Assembly (NCBI RefSeq): GCF_018977255.1
Contig: NW_024704742.1
Span: 39,186,001 to 39,250,000 of the forward strand
DNA: 64,000 nucleotides
Reading direction: 5' to 3'
Origin: Callorhinchus milii
Lineage: Eukaryota
The notes under the pieces: model-generated
Database searches by the model: none
Told to the model about the DNA's origin: nothing
What the model saw: only the letters and a program-made list of their open reading frames with translations
Part shown: positions 27,401 to 39,115 of the stretch, in pieces
How positions within the stretch are numbered: the first letter of the stretch is position 1
Layout of the letters: every line of letters begins with the position of its first letter
Translations under genes and position numbers: made by a program

Positions 27401-30396
27401 AATTAATCTACTCATTTTTCTTAATTTTGCTGTTTCCATTTTATTATTGTTTATTCAAACAGTTTGTCCAAGATCAAAAGCTACAGCTTTAAGGATAACA
27501 ATTAACTGATAATTTTCTTCAATACTTCAAATTCTACAGTTTTTTTAAAACTATATATAATAAAAAACTCCAATTCATATTATTCTACACCTGGTCACCT
27601 TGAAAAAAAGATTTCTTGCAAGTTAGAATAAAGTGTTTAAATCATCCAGAACAATAAAAGAAAGCAATGCTGTATTGGTTTCTTTTATTGTTATATAAAA
27701 AATGATTTATAAGATTTTTTAAAAAAATTGGGTCAGTCAGGTGTCTGACACATGCTGGAACTGCTTCAGAGAATCCAAACCAGACAGATTTCCACATATC
27801 TACGGCACCTACGTAAGGAAATTTCCCTGCGTCTTTAAAGGAATGTGCACTCTCTCCCTGGAGGGATGCACCATGCTAATTCTGAAAAGTTTTCAGCACA
27901 GGTTGGCAAGAGCCCAAAGCTTGGAGTTCCTAAGTGTGTGTTGGGATACTGCTGGAGCTGATAGGAAATTGCTTTTTTTACTCCCAATATTTGCATGGAA
28001 GATGGAATAATAGTGTCATAATTATCAAGAGCCCCAGGGGAAATAAGTTTATCGTTTGAGCAAGCTTCATATTATCCATATGACACTCTGCAAAACTAGA
28101 TCTGATGTGCCTATTAAGGTCTTTTCAGCATTTAAGTCAGTTAGAACCATACCCGTTCTTGATTAGTGATACACAAATGATTGGAACCAACAAATAAAGC
28201 ACACTTACAGTTCAAACTGCTAACACATTTAATTTCTGAGCTAAATCATGTGCAGCACATGGTGCACAATTCATCAAGTTATGGCTGCACTCTTCACACA
28301 CTATTTACAATAGATGTCGTAGACACTGCTTAAAATAAATCGTCATTGCAGTACACGTTAACTACATTAATACAGAATCAGTTTGAGACAATTGTTCTGA
28401 ATAGAATACCACCTGTGGTACCAGCCGGCTGACATGCAACACAAAGTTACAATTGCCAGGTGACTCCCCAAACCTCGCCTCTTGCCAACCTGCACTAAAT
28501 ACTTTCCAGAATCAGGTAAACCGGATGCATCGCTCCAGGGAGAGAGAGTGCGCATTCCATTCCAATAATCTACCTCTGCAATTTCTACGTGTGGGTGGGA
28601 TGCACGGAAATCTCATCTCGGTTGGTGGATACTCTTAAGCACGGTGACGGGTTTCCGCACGAGTCAGATACCTGGCTGACCAAAATAAAAAAAAAACCTC
28701 GCGCGTTAATTCCAGTGAATTCTAATTCAGGTTAAACCTAATGTGCCTCGCCACACAGCACAAAACTCACCCCAACAAGTTATTGTCCAATAAACGTCTC
28801 CACAACTTCTATTTTTGGGCAACGCAGAATTATACCGGAGAGCGAAACTAAAGCCAGAATGAAAATCTGAAATACTCCGATCTAAAATTAAAGTGGTTGA
28901 CTTTTATTAATTTTTTTATTGGGGGGGGGGGGGGGAGGGTGGGAGGGGGGGTCTGAGGCGAAAACCAATACGGAAATCTGGGGCGAGAAGGTCCAAAAAA
29001 ATAAATGCAATATTGTATGTACTGCACTGCCAAAAAAAAAAGTCAAATGGCAAAACCAATCTGGAAGGAGTGGGATACCAGGACATGGTTAAGCAATTCC
29101 AACAACCAGTACATATCACACACTCGTTCGGCCCTTTCTGACTTCCCCAAATAAGTATGAAGTTTTTTTTTTAAAAAAAAGGCAAACGGTCACCAAGAAT
29201 GTTTTCTGCTGCGGCCAAAAGGGAATCGTTTTTGAATTAGATCACTTGAGGGCGAAATTTTTTTTTTTGGGTGGAGAGGAGGGGGAGGAAAAACTTCCTC
29301 GACATTAATCGTCCACGTACACGTCTGGGGAGGGCGGGGAGGGAGTAGCCCCAAAACACTGCAGGTGTACGTCGCTATTTTTTTTAAAAAGAGAGACACG
29401 AAAAGCACAATATCGTGCAATCACTCTCGACTCCGACCAAGAAGAGGGCGTCGATCTGCAACTGCCACACAGTAATGACCGCGAATATCCCCCCAACCCC
29501 ACACACACACCCCCACACCCCCCCCCACACACACACACCACCCCCCCACACACACACACAACAACTCTATCCTCACGAGAGGTTTGTTTATTTGCCTTTC
29601 GTCCGCTTCAGTTCGCAAAGTGCCGACTCCCAACGAAAAACCCAACACTTGTTAATGCCCCTCAGCCGCCGCCGCCCCCGGTTTCCAGATGAAAGATTCG
29701 GGTTTAACTCGTGACAAGATTTTTTTTTAAAAAAACCAAAAAAAAACCCTCCTCCTCCCCCCTCTTCACCCCAACCCCCAAATAATAAAACCCCCCGGGT
29801 CAGGACACGCCAACCCGCGGCACACGACAAGTCGAGCGCTTGGTTTAAGAGCAAAGAGGTTTTGGGGGTTAAACCCACAGAGAGAGAGACAGAGAGAGAT
29901 GTGAGTGAAGCTCAACACAGTGATAGCAGTGACATGGAGCCGCGGAATGGGCGAGGCTCGGGCTCCGGGAGCCCTCGGGCTCGGGCTCGGGGAGCCCTCG
30001 GACTCGGGGAGCCCCCGGGCTCGGTGGGGCTCGGGCAGCCCTCGGGCTCGGGGCTCGGTGAGCCCTCGGGCTCGGGGGGGGCTGAGCTCGGGCGGGGGTT
30101 CGGGGCTCCTCGGCTCTTTTTATTTTTTTTGAGGCGGAGGGGCGGGCGGGTAAAAAAAATATTGGATCAGAATCAAAACTGATCCGAGCATTGCGAGCTG
30201 AGGAGGAGCTGAACAGCTGCCACTGCCGACCCCGCCGAACCGAGCCCGACCCGGCCCGGCCCGACCCGACCCGCAGCCATCACCAGAGCTCCGTGATAGA
30301 GAGATAGATAGATAGATATACTGTGCTGTGTAACCCCTCCCTCTCTCCCTCTCTCTCGCCTTCTCCGCGGCGCCACTTACTCAGTTCGTACGACAT
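9294..30396 (-). CDS. WDR1: WD repeat-containing protein 1 (AIP1), whole gene span, 15 coding exons, 609 aa
   Basis: The spliced translation [46 protein letters not shown]...[36 protein letters not shown] aligns along its whole length with vertebrate WDR1. Exon sizes 16,122,91,148,181,78,81,234,88,157,88,111,180,145,110 sum to 1830 nt with consistent phases. Confidence 0.98.
10039..10183 (-). CDS. WDR1: WDR1 exon 14
   Basis: taacag|[48 protein letters not shown]+G|gtagtt. Confidence 0.96.
10221..10280. repeat. Perfect 30-bp tandem duplication in WDR1 intron 13
   Basis: tacaaatatgaaaatacatgtgctgttcag x2. Confidence 0.95.
11835..12014 (-). CDS. WDR1: WDR1 exon 13
   Basis: cactag|[60 protein letters not shown]|gtaaat. 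Confidence 0.96.
12694..12804 (-). CDS. WDR1: WDR1 exon 12
   Basis: tcacag|[27 protein letters not shown]...VTVAVGGE|gtaaga. Confidence 0.95.
13589..13676 (-). CDS. WDR1: WDR1 exon 11
   Basis: ttgtag|[30 protein letters not shown]|gtaatt. Confidence 0.96.
14502..14658 (-). CDS. WDR1: WDR1 exon 10
   Basis: ttcac|[53 protein letters not shown]+AA|gtaagt. Confidence 0.95.
14659..15907 (-). other. WDR1: U12-type (minor spliceosome) AT-AC intron, WDR1 intron 9
   Basis: 5'SS ATATCCTTTT at 15907-15898; branch box TTCCTTAAC at 14681-14673; the intron ends ...ggcttcAC. Joining at these sites gives the conserved GYINYWD in frame. Confidence 0.95.
15908..15995 (-). CDS. WDR1: WDR1 exon 9
   Basis: ttctag|[29 protein letters not shown]+A|atatcctttt (U12 donor). 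Confidence 0.95.
17186..17497 (-). mobile_element. Young tRNA-derived Deu-domain SINE in WDR1 intron 8
   Basis: A box TAGCTCAGTGG, B box GAGTTCAATTCC, body gggacattgctgtgcgcaattggctg, L2-like tail and (ATT)n. Confidence 0.92.
18428..18661 (-). CDS. WDR1: WDR1 exon 8
   Basis: ttacag|[78 protein letters not shown]|gtatgt. Confidence 0.97.
19201..19281 (-). CDS. WDR1: WDR1 exon 7
   Basis: caatag|[27 protein letters not shown]|gtaatt. Confidence 0.96.
20810..20887 (-). CDS. WDR1: WDR1 exon 6
   Basis: ccttag|[26 protein letters not shown]|gtaaga. Confidence 0.96.
22491..22671 (-). CDS. WDR1: WDR1 exon 5
   Basis: ttacag|[61 protein letters not shown]|gtaagt. Confidence 0.97.
23979..24126 (-). 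CDS. WDR1: WDR1 exon 4
   Basis: ggtag|(D)[48 protein letters not shown]+AT|gtaagt. Confidence 0.97.
24530..24635. repeat. (TA)n/(CA)n compound microsatellite
   Basis: Read directly from the sequence. Confidence 0.9.
25038..25128 (-). CDS. WDR1: WDR1 exon 3
   Basis: ttccag|[30 protein letters not shown]+G|gtgtgt; preceded by an 83-nt intron. Confidence 0.96.
25212..25333 (-). CDS. WDR1: WDR1 exon 2
   Basis: caatag|AG GGA ATA TTT...GAT ATT GAA|gtaaag; encodes (K)[40 protein letters not shown]. Confidence 0.96.
25540..25985 (-). mobile_element. CR1 LINE fragment in WDR1 intron 1
   Basis: QLEYCVRFG...[17 protein letters not shown]. Confidence 0.75.
26578..26900 (+). mobile_element. Full-length young tRNA(Ala-like)-derived Deu-domain SINE in WDR1 intron 1
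   Basis: ggagtcctgtagctcagtggttagagc...gagttcaattcc head with a TGC anticodon-like loop; the 3' end gtgaagcgctttggg...aagcgctatatcaaatgcaag(ATT)n is shared with local L2 tails. Confidence 0.93.
29955..30115. repeat. GC-rich GGGCTC/GAGCCC minisatellite in WDR1 intron 1
   Basis: Units such as ctcggggagccctcgggct. Confidence 0.85.
30381..30396 (-). CDS. WDR1: WDR1 exon 1 coding part (MSYEL+A)
   Basis: aacgATGTCGTACGAACTGA|gtaagt inside the CpG island; equivalent to the WDR1 N-terminus MPYEI-K. Confidence 0.93.
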
Positions 30397-31053
30397 CGTT
30401 GCCACAGGATGGTTTCCGCGCTAATCGGGAGTCGGTGAACAAACCGCACGGGGACCGGGAGCGGGAGCAGCGCTGATCACACACCGCCGGGCCTCGCCTC
30501 TGCCTCTGCTCTGCTCTGCCAGCCTCCAGCAACCACACACACACACACACCGCCCCCCTCCCTCAGCTCCGCCAAACACACCGCCCTCGACTGAGAAAAC
30601 AAACCCGGAAACAGGGCTCTCCGCGCCTGGCTCAGCGCTTTGACCATATATAGTCAAAGCCGCTCGGCAGCTCTGCTCTGAGCCTCCGCGAGCAAACGGG
30701 GAGCCGGCGGCCGCCCGAGCCCCGCCCCCTCCTTCCCCATCGCCCGACGTGGCGGGGCGGGGCGGGTCGCGCGTGGCGCGGCGTGGCGTCACGTCACGTC
30801 GCCGCCGCCGCCTCATCACGTCGCGGGAGCGTGCGTGCGTGTGTCCGTGTCGGTCGGTCGGTCGTGTTTCCAGCCTGAGTCAGAGATGGCCCCCGGGGCT
30901 GACTGGGAGGGTCAGCTCGACCCGCTCCGGTGTCAGTGTCCGGCTCGCCGCGGTATCGCTCTCGTCACGGGCCTCTCGCCGAGCCTGCGCGGGCTTTGTT
31001 GCCTCGGGCGCTCGCCTCGGGTGCAGCCGTCGCGCGCGCGAGCCCACCAGAGC

Positions 31054-31384
31054 TAATAATAATAATAATAATAATAATCCTTGCATTTGATATAGCGCTT
31101 TTCACGTCGGGAGGACGTCCCAAAGCGCTTCACAGAACACACTGTAAAGTGAATTGACTGTATATTTGTGGGTGAACGCGGCAGCCAATTGCGCACAGCA
31201 ATGTCCCACAAACAGTCGTGGATTGAAAATGACCAATTTATTATTGTTTTGGGTTTTGGAGGGATTATTATTAGGCTCTGTGTGGAGTAAGGAAACTTGC
31301 CCAAGGTTTCGCCCTCTGCCTGGAATCGAACTCAGGTCTCTCACTTGCAAAGCGAGTGCTCTAACCACTGAGCTACAGGACTCC
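31054..31384 (-). mobile_element. Full-length young SINE abutting the WDR1 CpG island
   Basis: Its reverse complement is nearly identical to 26578-26900. Confidence 0.93.
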
Positions 31385-31424
31385 GATAATAGTCCGTTTC
31401 AAAACAAGAGGCTTTTCCTATTTA

Positions 31425-31780
31425 ATGATGACAATCCGTGCATTTGATGAAGCGCCTTATCTCATCTTCTAGACGTCTCAAAAGCGCTTCACAGAATATG
31501 CTGAAAAGTGAATTGACTATATTTTGTGGGCGAAACGCGGCGCACAGCAGTGTCCCACAAACAGTTGTGGATATAGTGCCCAAATTATTATTTTTATCAT
31601 TTATCCCGCCTTGTGACTTCCTCCTGACATTTTACGAAAATGTAATTTTGTATTTTTGAAGGGATTATTATCCCTGGGAAAGCGATTCGCCAATTGACTT
31701 AGTGCTAGGTAAACAGATGCGTGTGGAGTAAGGAAATTTACCTAATGTTTTGCCCCGCTCGGGAATCAAACCCAGATCCT
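31425..31780 (-). mobile_element. Older diverged SINE of the same superfamily
   Basis: Diverged tail, Deu body and gtgtggagtaaggaaa segment. Confidence 0.75.
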
Positions 31781-32599
31781 GTTTACTTGTGTCCCTTATC
31801 AATTATTAACATTTTAATTGAACCAGAGCAGCAATGCGCGCATTTGAAGGCAAGTCAAGACATTTACCCATCTGCGTCTAATTTTTTCAACTTGTTAACA
31901 CCTTTTTATTGAGCTTCCAAAGGCTAGGTGCCACTGCAATTCATGACCTTTTACACTTATGGTTGTGCTAGAAATAGGTGAGAGGTCAACATTCCCCCAA
32001 GAACACTCATATAGGGTATTCTGGAGAGAGAGTAATAAAATTAGATTGGAAAGAGCTGAAGATAAGAGGCTGGGCAGTAAACTATGTTAATGTGTTGAGA
32101 AAGGCCAAAGAGCCTAGTGGAGTTTCCACCAAACTTGAAATGAGGAGCAGAGAAAACTAAATGAGTCAAACAAATAAATAGATGATAGTGTTTGATTTCA
32201 CAAGCGTGTAGATTGTAGGAGGAATTTATGAAATGATTATAATCTTTTATTAGGATGTGCCTGGCAAATTGTTCAATCAGGATGCCAAACCAGGTAGGGC
32301 TGTTAGACCAACATATATCTGAATATTAATAATCTGATCATCTGAAACCATAAATACCCAGACTGCTGTCATCCAACAACAAATATTTTAAATCATAAGT
32401 ACCAAAAACATTGTATGTCTCCTTCTACCTCTGACCTGCTTAATTTCCCTACTTTCCTCTCAGTCTCCTTGCCTTCCTCCTAAATTCACAGGTCTAGTGC
32501 ACATCTGTTTCAATCCTCAGCTCTCTTTTCTCCCTCACATCCAGTCCCTGACCAGGTCTGCTTTTTATATGTCCGCCACATTGCCTGCTTCTGGCCCTA

Positions 32600-33700
32600 T
32601 GTCACACAAAATGCTCTGTGGCCCCTGAAGGAGGCCCCATAGAATGATGATGGTCTTCCAAATCAATGCCAAGAACGTCAACCTTGCCGAAGAGTTATTC
32701 TTCAAAGGCTGGTTCAATAAGATTTTGCTTGAGTCACCTACACTGTCAGTACTCCAGAGTGCAATTGTGGTTTCTATCCAGAAGATGGGTGGAACTATTG
32801 AGATTGAGAACCATCTCATTGATTTCAGTGAAAGGTGTTGGATTGGGTAGTCATGGCACATATACCGAATGCACTGGAAGCCCACAATGTAATCAAAAAG
32901 GAAGGAAAAAGCTGAATTTTGTTTTCATGAGGAGTATGTGTAGCAGGTTGTTGCATTATGAGATTGCAAAATATTCTCATGTTCAGGAAAACCCCACCTA
33001 TGCTACATTCATCCATTTTCCTTGAAAAGGTTGTAGGAAATCTTAGATTTTATCTGGGATGTGTATCCCAGCTCTAAGATCCATATGAGGGACCATGAGA
33101 GATTTACTGAATCAATTGTTTTCAAAAGGGGAGTAAGGCAAGTTTATTCGCTGTCAACCACCCTATTCAATGTTTCATCAATGATATATTAGATATCATT
33201 GAGAAGAATGGACTTGATGTGTCTATTCCAGGCATTTTTAATAAAACAATGGTATCTGTTTCTAGATTATGGTGTTTTGTTGGTGGCTCATGCACTGCTC
33301 TCACATTTTGAATGCTGGAGCACTCAGTGACATTATGGCCAGTTCCCCTAAATGCAGTATTATGGCTACATGACTTGAGAGAGGACCTTGAAGGTATAGA
33401 TTGGAAGATATAAGGAGCATCCATCATTGAGTGTTATCAGTATCTGGGGGTTGTGATAAACACCAGGTTTACCTTGGATACAGTCTTGTAGGATCACATT
33501 GAGAAGGGTTGAAGAGCACTGTTTGTTGTTTCTCTTCAAGAACAGCAAGTTCGCAATACAGGTTAAGCTTGTGGAGTGTAAGACATGTATCCAAACAATT
33601 CTCTAAAAACTGTTACCATAGTACACTGCTTGAAATTAAGCTCGGAACAGTTAGTTGACCATATAGTCCATCAAACCTACCTCTACAATTTTCCAAAAGA
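32600..33700 (+). mobile_element. Decayed non-LTR retrotransposon RT of a clade other than the local CR1/L2
   Basis: Frameshifted motifs WFNKILLE...SAIVVSIQKMG, FTESIVFKRGVRQ...LSTTLFNV(F)INDIL and ECYQYLGVVI. Confidence 0.7.
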
Positions 33701-34837
33701 TACCTTCAACACACATACCCTATCTTCTAATAATATTTAATTTGTTTAATTCAAATGAAGTGAACCAGATTGCAGCTTAGTTTCTAGCTCCAGTTTAAGT
33801 AGATGGTCCAAATACCTGAGTACCAAAGCTGCACCATTATGGAGTGGATTACTGTATTGGTGTAACACCACTAGACAACGTTGCTCCATATGATATTATA
33901 AAATCTATTGCTAGATGGCTTTCACAAAGAAAGACATTCAAGGCAGACAAGGGCAGACTTTAGTCTGAAACACATCCCATTCCATTGAGAAGGTTGCAAA
34001 GGGTAAGATTGTTAAGTCAGGATAAATAATCAAATCTGACAGTTAAGAGAGGTCACTCCTGTAGGTCAAAGAGATCAAGCAGTTTTTGTTCAATGCTAGG
34101 ATATCTGAGAAACCAAGGTTTGCATAGACATTACAATGTTTTCAGAATTTCCTTTGTCTCCTTTGCTCTAATTTTCTGAAATAGCCTGAAGAACAAAATA
34201 AATATAGACTGTGCAGCCTTCATTCTGATTACTTCATGGTACTTGATCAAAAACAATGATTTTGTTGGGTATCCAGTAATGCAAATCAGGTGATGGTTGG
34301 ATAACCCCTAAGTCTAAAATATTTCCTGAAATGGCTTTAATATTTCTTTAATACAATACAGATAGCATATTTAAGCTGTTGTATCAGTAAGAAACATTGA
34401 GACTTTGAATTGTGCTATATCAACAATAGGAACACACTACATGGCTCCCCTGAAGTTGTTGCCAAATCTCTATTTGTTTATTGTATACACCTGAACTTTA
34501 AGACATTTATTGCCACAAATGCACATTATACACATAGTAATATGGTACAATAAAATCAGATACCAGCAAGCTACTGAATCAAAATAAACATATACAATGC
34601 ACCTGTATGTAACTTTCAAGAAATACAATTTACTATAATAATAACAAAAATCCTTGCATTTGCTATAACACCTTATTTTGTCGAGATGTCTCAAAGTGCT
34701 TGATATAGTGTAAAGTGGTGTAACTGTGTGTATTTTTGTTGGCAAAAGCAGCAGCCAATTTGCACACAACAGAAGTATGTGACCAATTTTACTTGGAAGA
34801 TTGTTTTATTTGAAGCAGAGCTTGTAGAGTCCATAAT

Positions 34838-35680
34838 GGAGTCTTGTAACGTATTGGTTAGAGCATTCGCCTCGCCAGTGAGAGACCCGGGTTTGATTTT
34901 CGGGTAGGCCAAAACGTTACTGCACATTCCTCTGTTTACCTACCAGTAAGTAGGAACCCGGTTGTTAGTCAATTGGCAGATTGCTTTTCCAGAGGTAATA
35001 ATTCAATAACAACAATTTGCACTTACATAGCACCCTCCATTCAGGGTAGCATCTCGGAGCACTTAACAGTGGCAGAGCTTGACTCCTAGCCGGGGTGGGG
35101 GGGAGGTGATCGTAACCACAGTTGAAAAGGAACGTTTTCAGGTGGGACTTGAGAAAGGGGAGAGAGAGAGCAAGGTGGAGGGATTGAGGGAGAGTGTTCC
35201 ACAGTTTCAGGGCATAGTGACTGAAAGCGCAACCTCCAATGGTGGAGCGGAGTGTGCGAGGGACAAGCAGGAGGCCAGTGCCAATCGAGCAGAGGCTCCG
35301 GGTGCTGCATTGGGAAGTGAGGAGGTCGGAGAGGTAGAAAGGTGCCAGGGAGTGAATAGATTTGAACATGAGTATGAGGATTTTAGAGTCGATCCGTTTG
35401 GTGATGGGGAGCTGGTGGAGCTTGGCCAGAACTGATGAGATGGGGGTATGGAGTTTGGCCCGGGTCAGTATTGTAAATTATTTCAAAATAATAATAATAA
35501 TTTGGTCACTCAATCCATAACAGTTTGTGGGGCACTGCTATGTGCAATTAGCTTCCACTTTTCGCCCACAAAATATACAGTCAATTCACTTTACAGTATA
35601 TTCTTTGAAGTGCTTTGAGATGTCTCAAAGAGGTGATAAGGTGCTGTATCAAATGCAAAGATTATTATTTATTATTATTT
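34838..35680 (+). mobile_element. Older SINE split by an antisense L2 3' end (L2 at about 35004-35472)
   Basis: Head 34838-35003 and tail 35473-35680 together are colinear with the intact copy at 37419-37765. The insert encodes FKSIHSLAPFYLSDLL...LWNTLPQSL. Confidence 0.8.
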
Positions 35681-36061
35681 GTTCAATATCTCATTAGTTT
35701 TCCTAGCTCCTCCGCCCATAAGCTCCTATTAATCCAAAATCTGCCGCCCATATCTTCATCCACACAAAAGGCCACCTCCCCACTCCCTGCCAAGGTCCAC
35801 TATATCCCTGTGTCCCAACGCATTGACTTCTAGGCCCTCATCCTCACCAGTAAATCTCTTGATGGTCTAGTACCTCTCTATCTTTGTGATCTTCGTGTAC
35901 CCCACTCCTCTGCTTGTCCTCTCTAGTCAGCAAACGTGGGCTTGTTGTGCATCCCCTGCAACCCTCCACACCCCATCTGTAGTTGCACCTTCAATTCCTA
36001 TGCCACTAACCTCTCTCCCTTCTCTATTGTTTGGAATTTGACCCTTTTATTGTAAAGTACT

Positions 36062-38500
36062 TCAACAACAACTTGCATTTATACAGTGCCCTTCACACGG
36101 GTAGCATCTTGCTTAGCATCAGTGGCAGAGCTTGATGCTAAGCCAGGGAAAGGGGGTAGATGACAATGGGCATGGTCGAAGTGGAAAATCTTATGGCATG
36201 ATCTGAAGGGGAGCAAGAAGAGACAAATGGAGGGTCTGAAACAGAGAGTTCCATAGTTTCTGAAAGCTGAAACATGGGCCGCCGATGGTGGAGCAGAAGG
36301 GATAAAAGACATGCAAGAGGCTGGAGCCAGCTGAGCAAAGGAAGTGGTTAGTGGAATGGTGTGTAAGCAGGTGTAGAGATAGGGACATGCCAGGGCATGA
36401 AGTGATTTATGTGGGAGTTTGTGGATCTTGAAATTGATCCATTCTGCAATAGGGAGCCAGCGGAGTCTGGCAAGGACTGGGGCGATGGTGGTATGGAGTT
36501 TGGCGCAGGTGAGAATAAGGGCAGCAGAGGTATGAATTATTTGGATTTTATGAATGGTGGAGCTGGTGAGACCAGCGAGAAGGGCTTTGGAGTAATCAAG
36601 ATGGTTATGATGAATGTGTGGATAAGGGTATTGGCTGCATCGGGTATGAGGTAAGATCGGAAGTGGCAAGGTAGTGGTCATGAAGCAAAGAGGTCCTGGT
36701 CAGGAAGAAAAGCTGGGAATCAAATCAAGTTGCACACAGGTTCAGTCAGTCTGAGGGATAGGCCAGGGAGATTAAGGAGGTCGGAGCTTCAGGCAAGAAG
36801 GTGTTGATGGGAGCTAAGGCGTATGTAGTCATCTGGTCAACATTCAGCTGTAGAAAGTTGGTATTCATCCAGGCCTTGATGCCTGACAAGCAAGAAGACA
36901 GAACATCAGTGGACCTGAGATCACAGCTGGAAGAGAAGCAGATTTGAGTGTTGTTTAAGTGCTATGGGATGGTGCCCTAAGTGAGGGGCGCTATATCAAT
37001 TCAAGTTGTTTTGTTGTATGCATACATGTTGAAGTTGACCCGATTTCTGCAGGGAACGTCACTAAGAGGGAGCATGTAGATGATGAAAAGAAGAAGTCTA
37101 ATGATGGAGCTTTGAGATACACTGCAGGTGCCCCATCAGGGGCATGAGGAAAAAAACATTTGCTGAGATATGATGATGGCCATGGATCAAGTAGGCTCGA
37201 ACCAGGAGAGTGCAATCCCACTAAAGTGGATGAAGGTGGAGAAATAGTTGAGTAGAATGCCTTGATCGGCTGTGTTGAAGGTAGTAGAGAGGTCCAGGAG
37301 AACAAGGAAGCAGAGAGAGCTCTGGTTACAAACAGTGAGGATGCCATTGGTGACTGATGAATATTGTATTGGTTCTGTGGACAGGGCAGAAACCACATTG
37401 GAGAAGTTTGAATAATAATGGAGCCCTGTAGCTCAGTGGTTAGAGCACTCGTCTCACAAACAAGAGACCTGGGTTTTGATTCCCGGGCAGGGCGAAATGT
37501 TGCGCAAGTTTCCTTTGCAGTAAGTAGGAACCCGGGTCCTAGTCGATTGACAGATTGTTTTTCCGTGTGTAATAATTACTTTAAAAAAAATAATAATTTG
37601 ATCACTCAATCCTTGACTGTTTGTGCGACACTGCTGTACACAATTGGCTGTCGCGTTTTGCCTACAAAAAATATAAAATCAATTCATTTTATAATATATT
37701 CTGTGAAGCACTTTGAGACGTCTCGAAGGCATGATAAGGTGTTATATCAAATGTAAGGATTAATTTAATGGAGGGAAAGGTGAACGCAAGGTTGGTTGGG
37801 AACACCATATTTCAGGACTTTAGAAATAAGGGCATGTTTGAAATGGGCTTGTAGTTTTGAAACTTAGAAGGATCAAGGATGGATTTTTTGAGGAGGGTAA
37901 TGATGGCAGCAGTTTTGAGGAGGGAGCGGGACAGAGTTTGAGGAGAGGGAGAGATTAACTGTGTCTGCCAGCAGTGGGCAGAGGAGGGTGAGTTGGATAA
38001 CCAGCAGCTGGGTGGGGAGGGGGTCACTCACCAGCAGGTGGGCTTCATATGGGTGATGTTGGTTGAAAGGGCAGAGACAGAAATGGGGGCAAAGAGGATA
38101 GTGATAGAAGTTGTGGCGGAAATAGTGGGTGATGTAGAAGGCTTGGGGGGAGTTGGGAAATACGGGGGGAGGAAAAGAAGACAGCCAAGTGGATGATGTC
38201 TATCTTCACACTTAGCATTTGACATGAGGATCGAGGGCACAGCGAGGGGGTAATGTATTGTGGAGAACAGAATCTTGGGATTATTTTGGCCTCTAGAATG
38301 ACCTGGCATAAAGTGTGGTTTTGACCTGTGAGGGAGAGGCAGTAGATTTGAAGAAGCTCGAGCCACATCTGGCAATGAACCGTGAGACCAGTTTTGTTCC
38401 ATCTGTGCTTGAGCCCCTGGGTTTGGGATTTTAAGGAGTGGATGTGGTATTATACTGGGGAATGGGTGGGTTTGGAGATGATCCTGAATTTCAGGTGGGC
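36062..38500 (-). mobile_element. Long decayed L2 LINE (RT region)
   Basis: LKTAAIITLLKKSILDPSKFQNYKPISNMP, LVLLDLSTTFNTADQGILL and APVLARLRWLPIAEWINFKI motifs. Confidence 0.85.
37419..37765 (+). mobile_element. Older full-length tRNA-derived SINE nested in an L2
   Basis: ggagccctgtagctcagtggttagagc head, Deu-like body and tail. Confidence 0.85.
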
Positions 38501-39115
38501 GAAAGAATTAATAATAATAATAATAATGCTTTTAATATAGCGCTTGGTCACATCGTTGAGGCATCTCAAAGCTTTCACAGAATATATTGTAAAGTGGATC
38601 GACTGTATATTTTGTGGGTGAAATGTAGCAGCCATTTGCTCACATCATTGTTCCACAAAACAGTCGCGGATTGAGAGATCACATTTTTTTTGAGAGATTA
38701 TTACCCCTGGAATTGAAAGTGGAAGATGATCATTTAACAGCACGATGACTGCATCAGGATCGCTGTAATTTGCTCAGTGGAATTCGGTAACCATTCACCC
38801 TGCTTACAGAATTCCAGAAGTATTAGATACAGGTTGGCAAGAGGCAAGGCTTTAGGAGTTTGTGTTGAGAGTGTGTGCTTTATTCCAGATTGAGGGAAAT
38901 TTATGTGCATGGATGACGTGCTTATGTGGAACTCGTCTTCTGGCTGGGGTACTCTTAAGCCCAGTTTGGGTTTCTTCATGTGTCAGACACCTGACTGATA
39001 TTCGTCCCCAAAAATGAGAAGTATTACACTTTTGGAGCAGTTTGTTTGGTATCTGTAGTGAAGTTGTGCACTGCATTATCATTTTTAATATCCAGATGAA
39101 ATAGGTAAACCATTT

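Larger units (their letters stand above)
29300..31052 (-). promoter_or_regulatory. WDR1 CpG-island promoter and first exon
   Basis: Dense CpG and high GC content. GC boxes GGGGCGGGGCGGG near 30754, CRE-like (CGTCA)n at about 30787-30800, ETS-like CCGGAA at 30605 and CArG/TATA-like CCATATATAG at 30644-30653. Confidence 0.88.

Noticed and set aside
32565..33548. Minus-strand ORFs suggesting a host pseudogene or zinc-finger gene
   Set aside because: The plus strand carries LINE RT motifs (GVRQ, LFN, YLG); the minus-strand ORFs are shadows of it.
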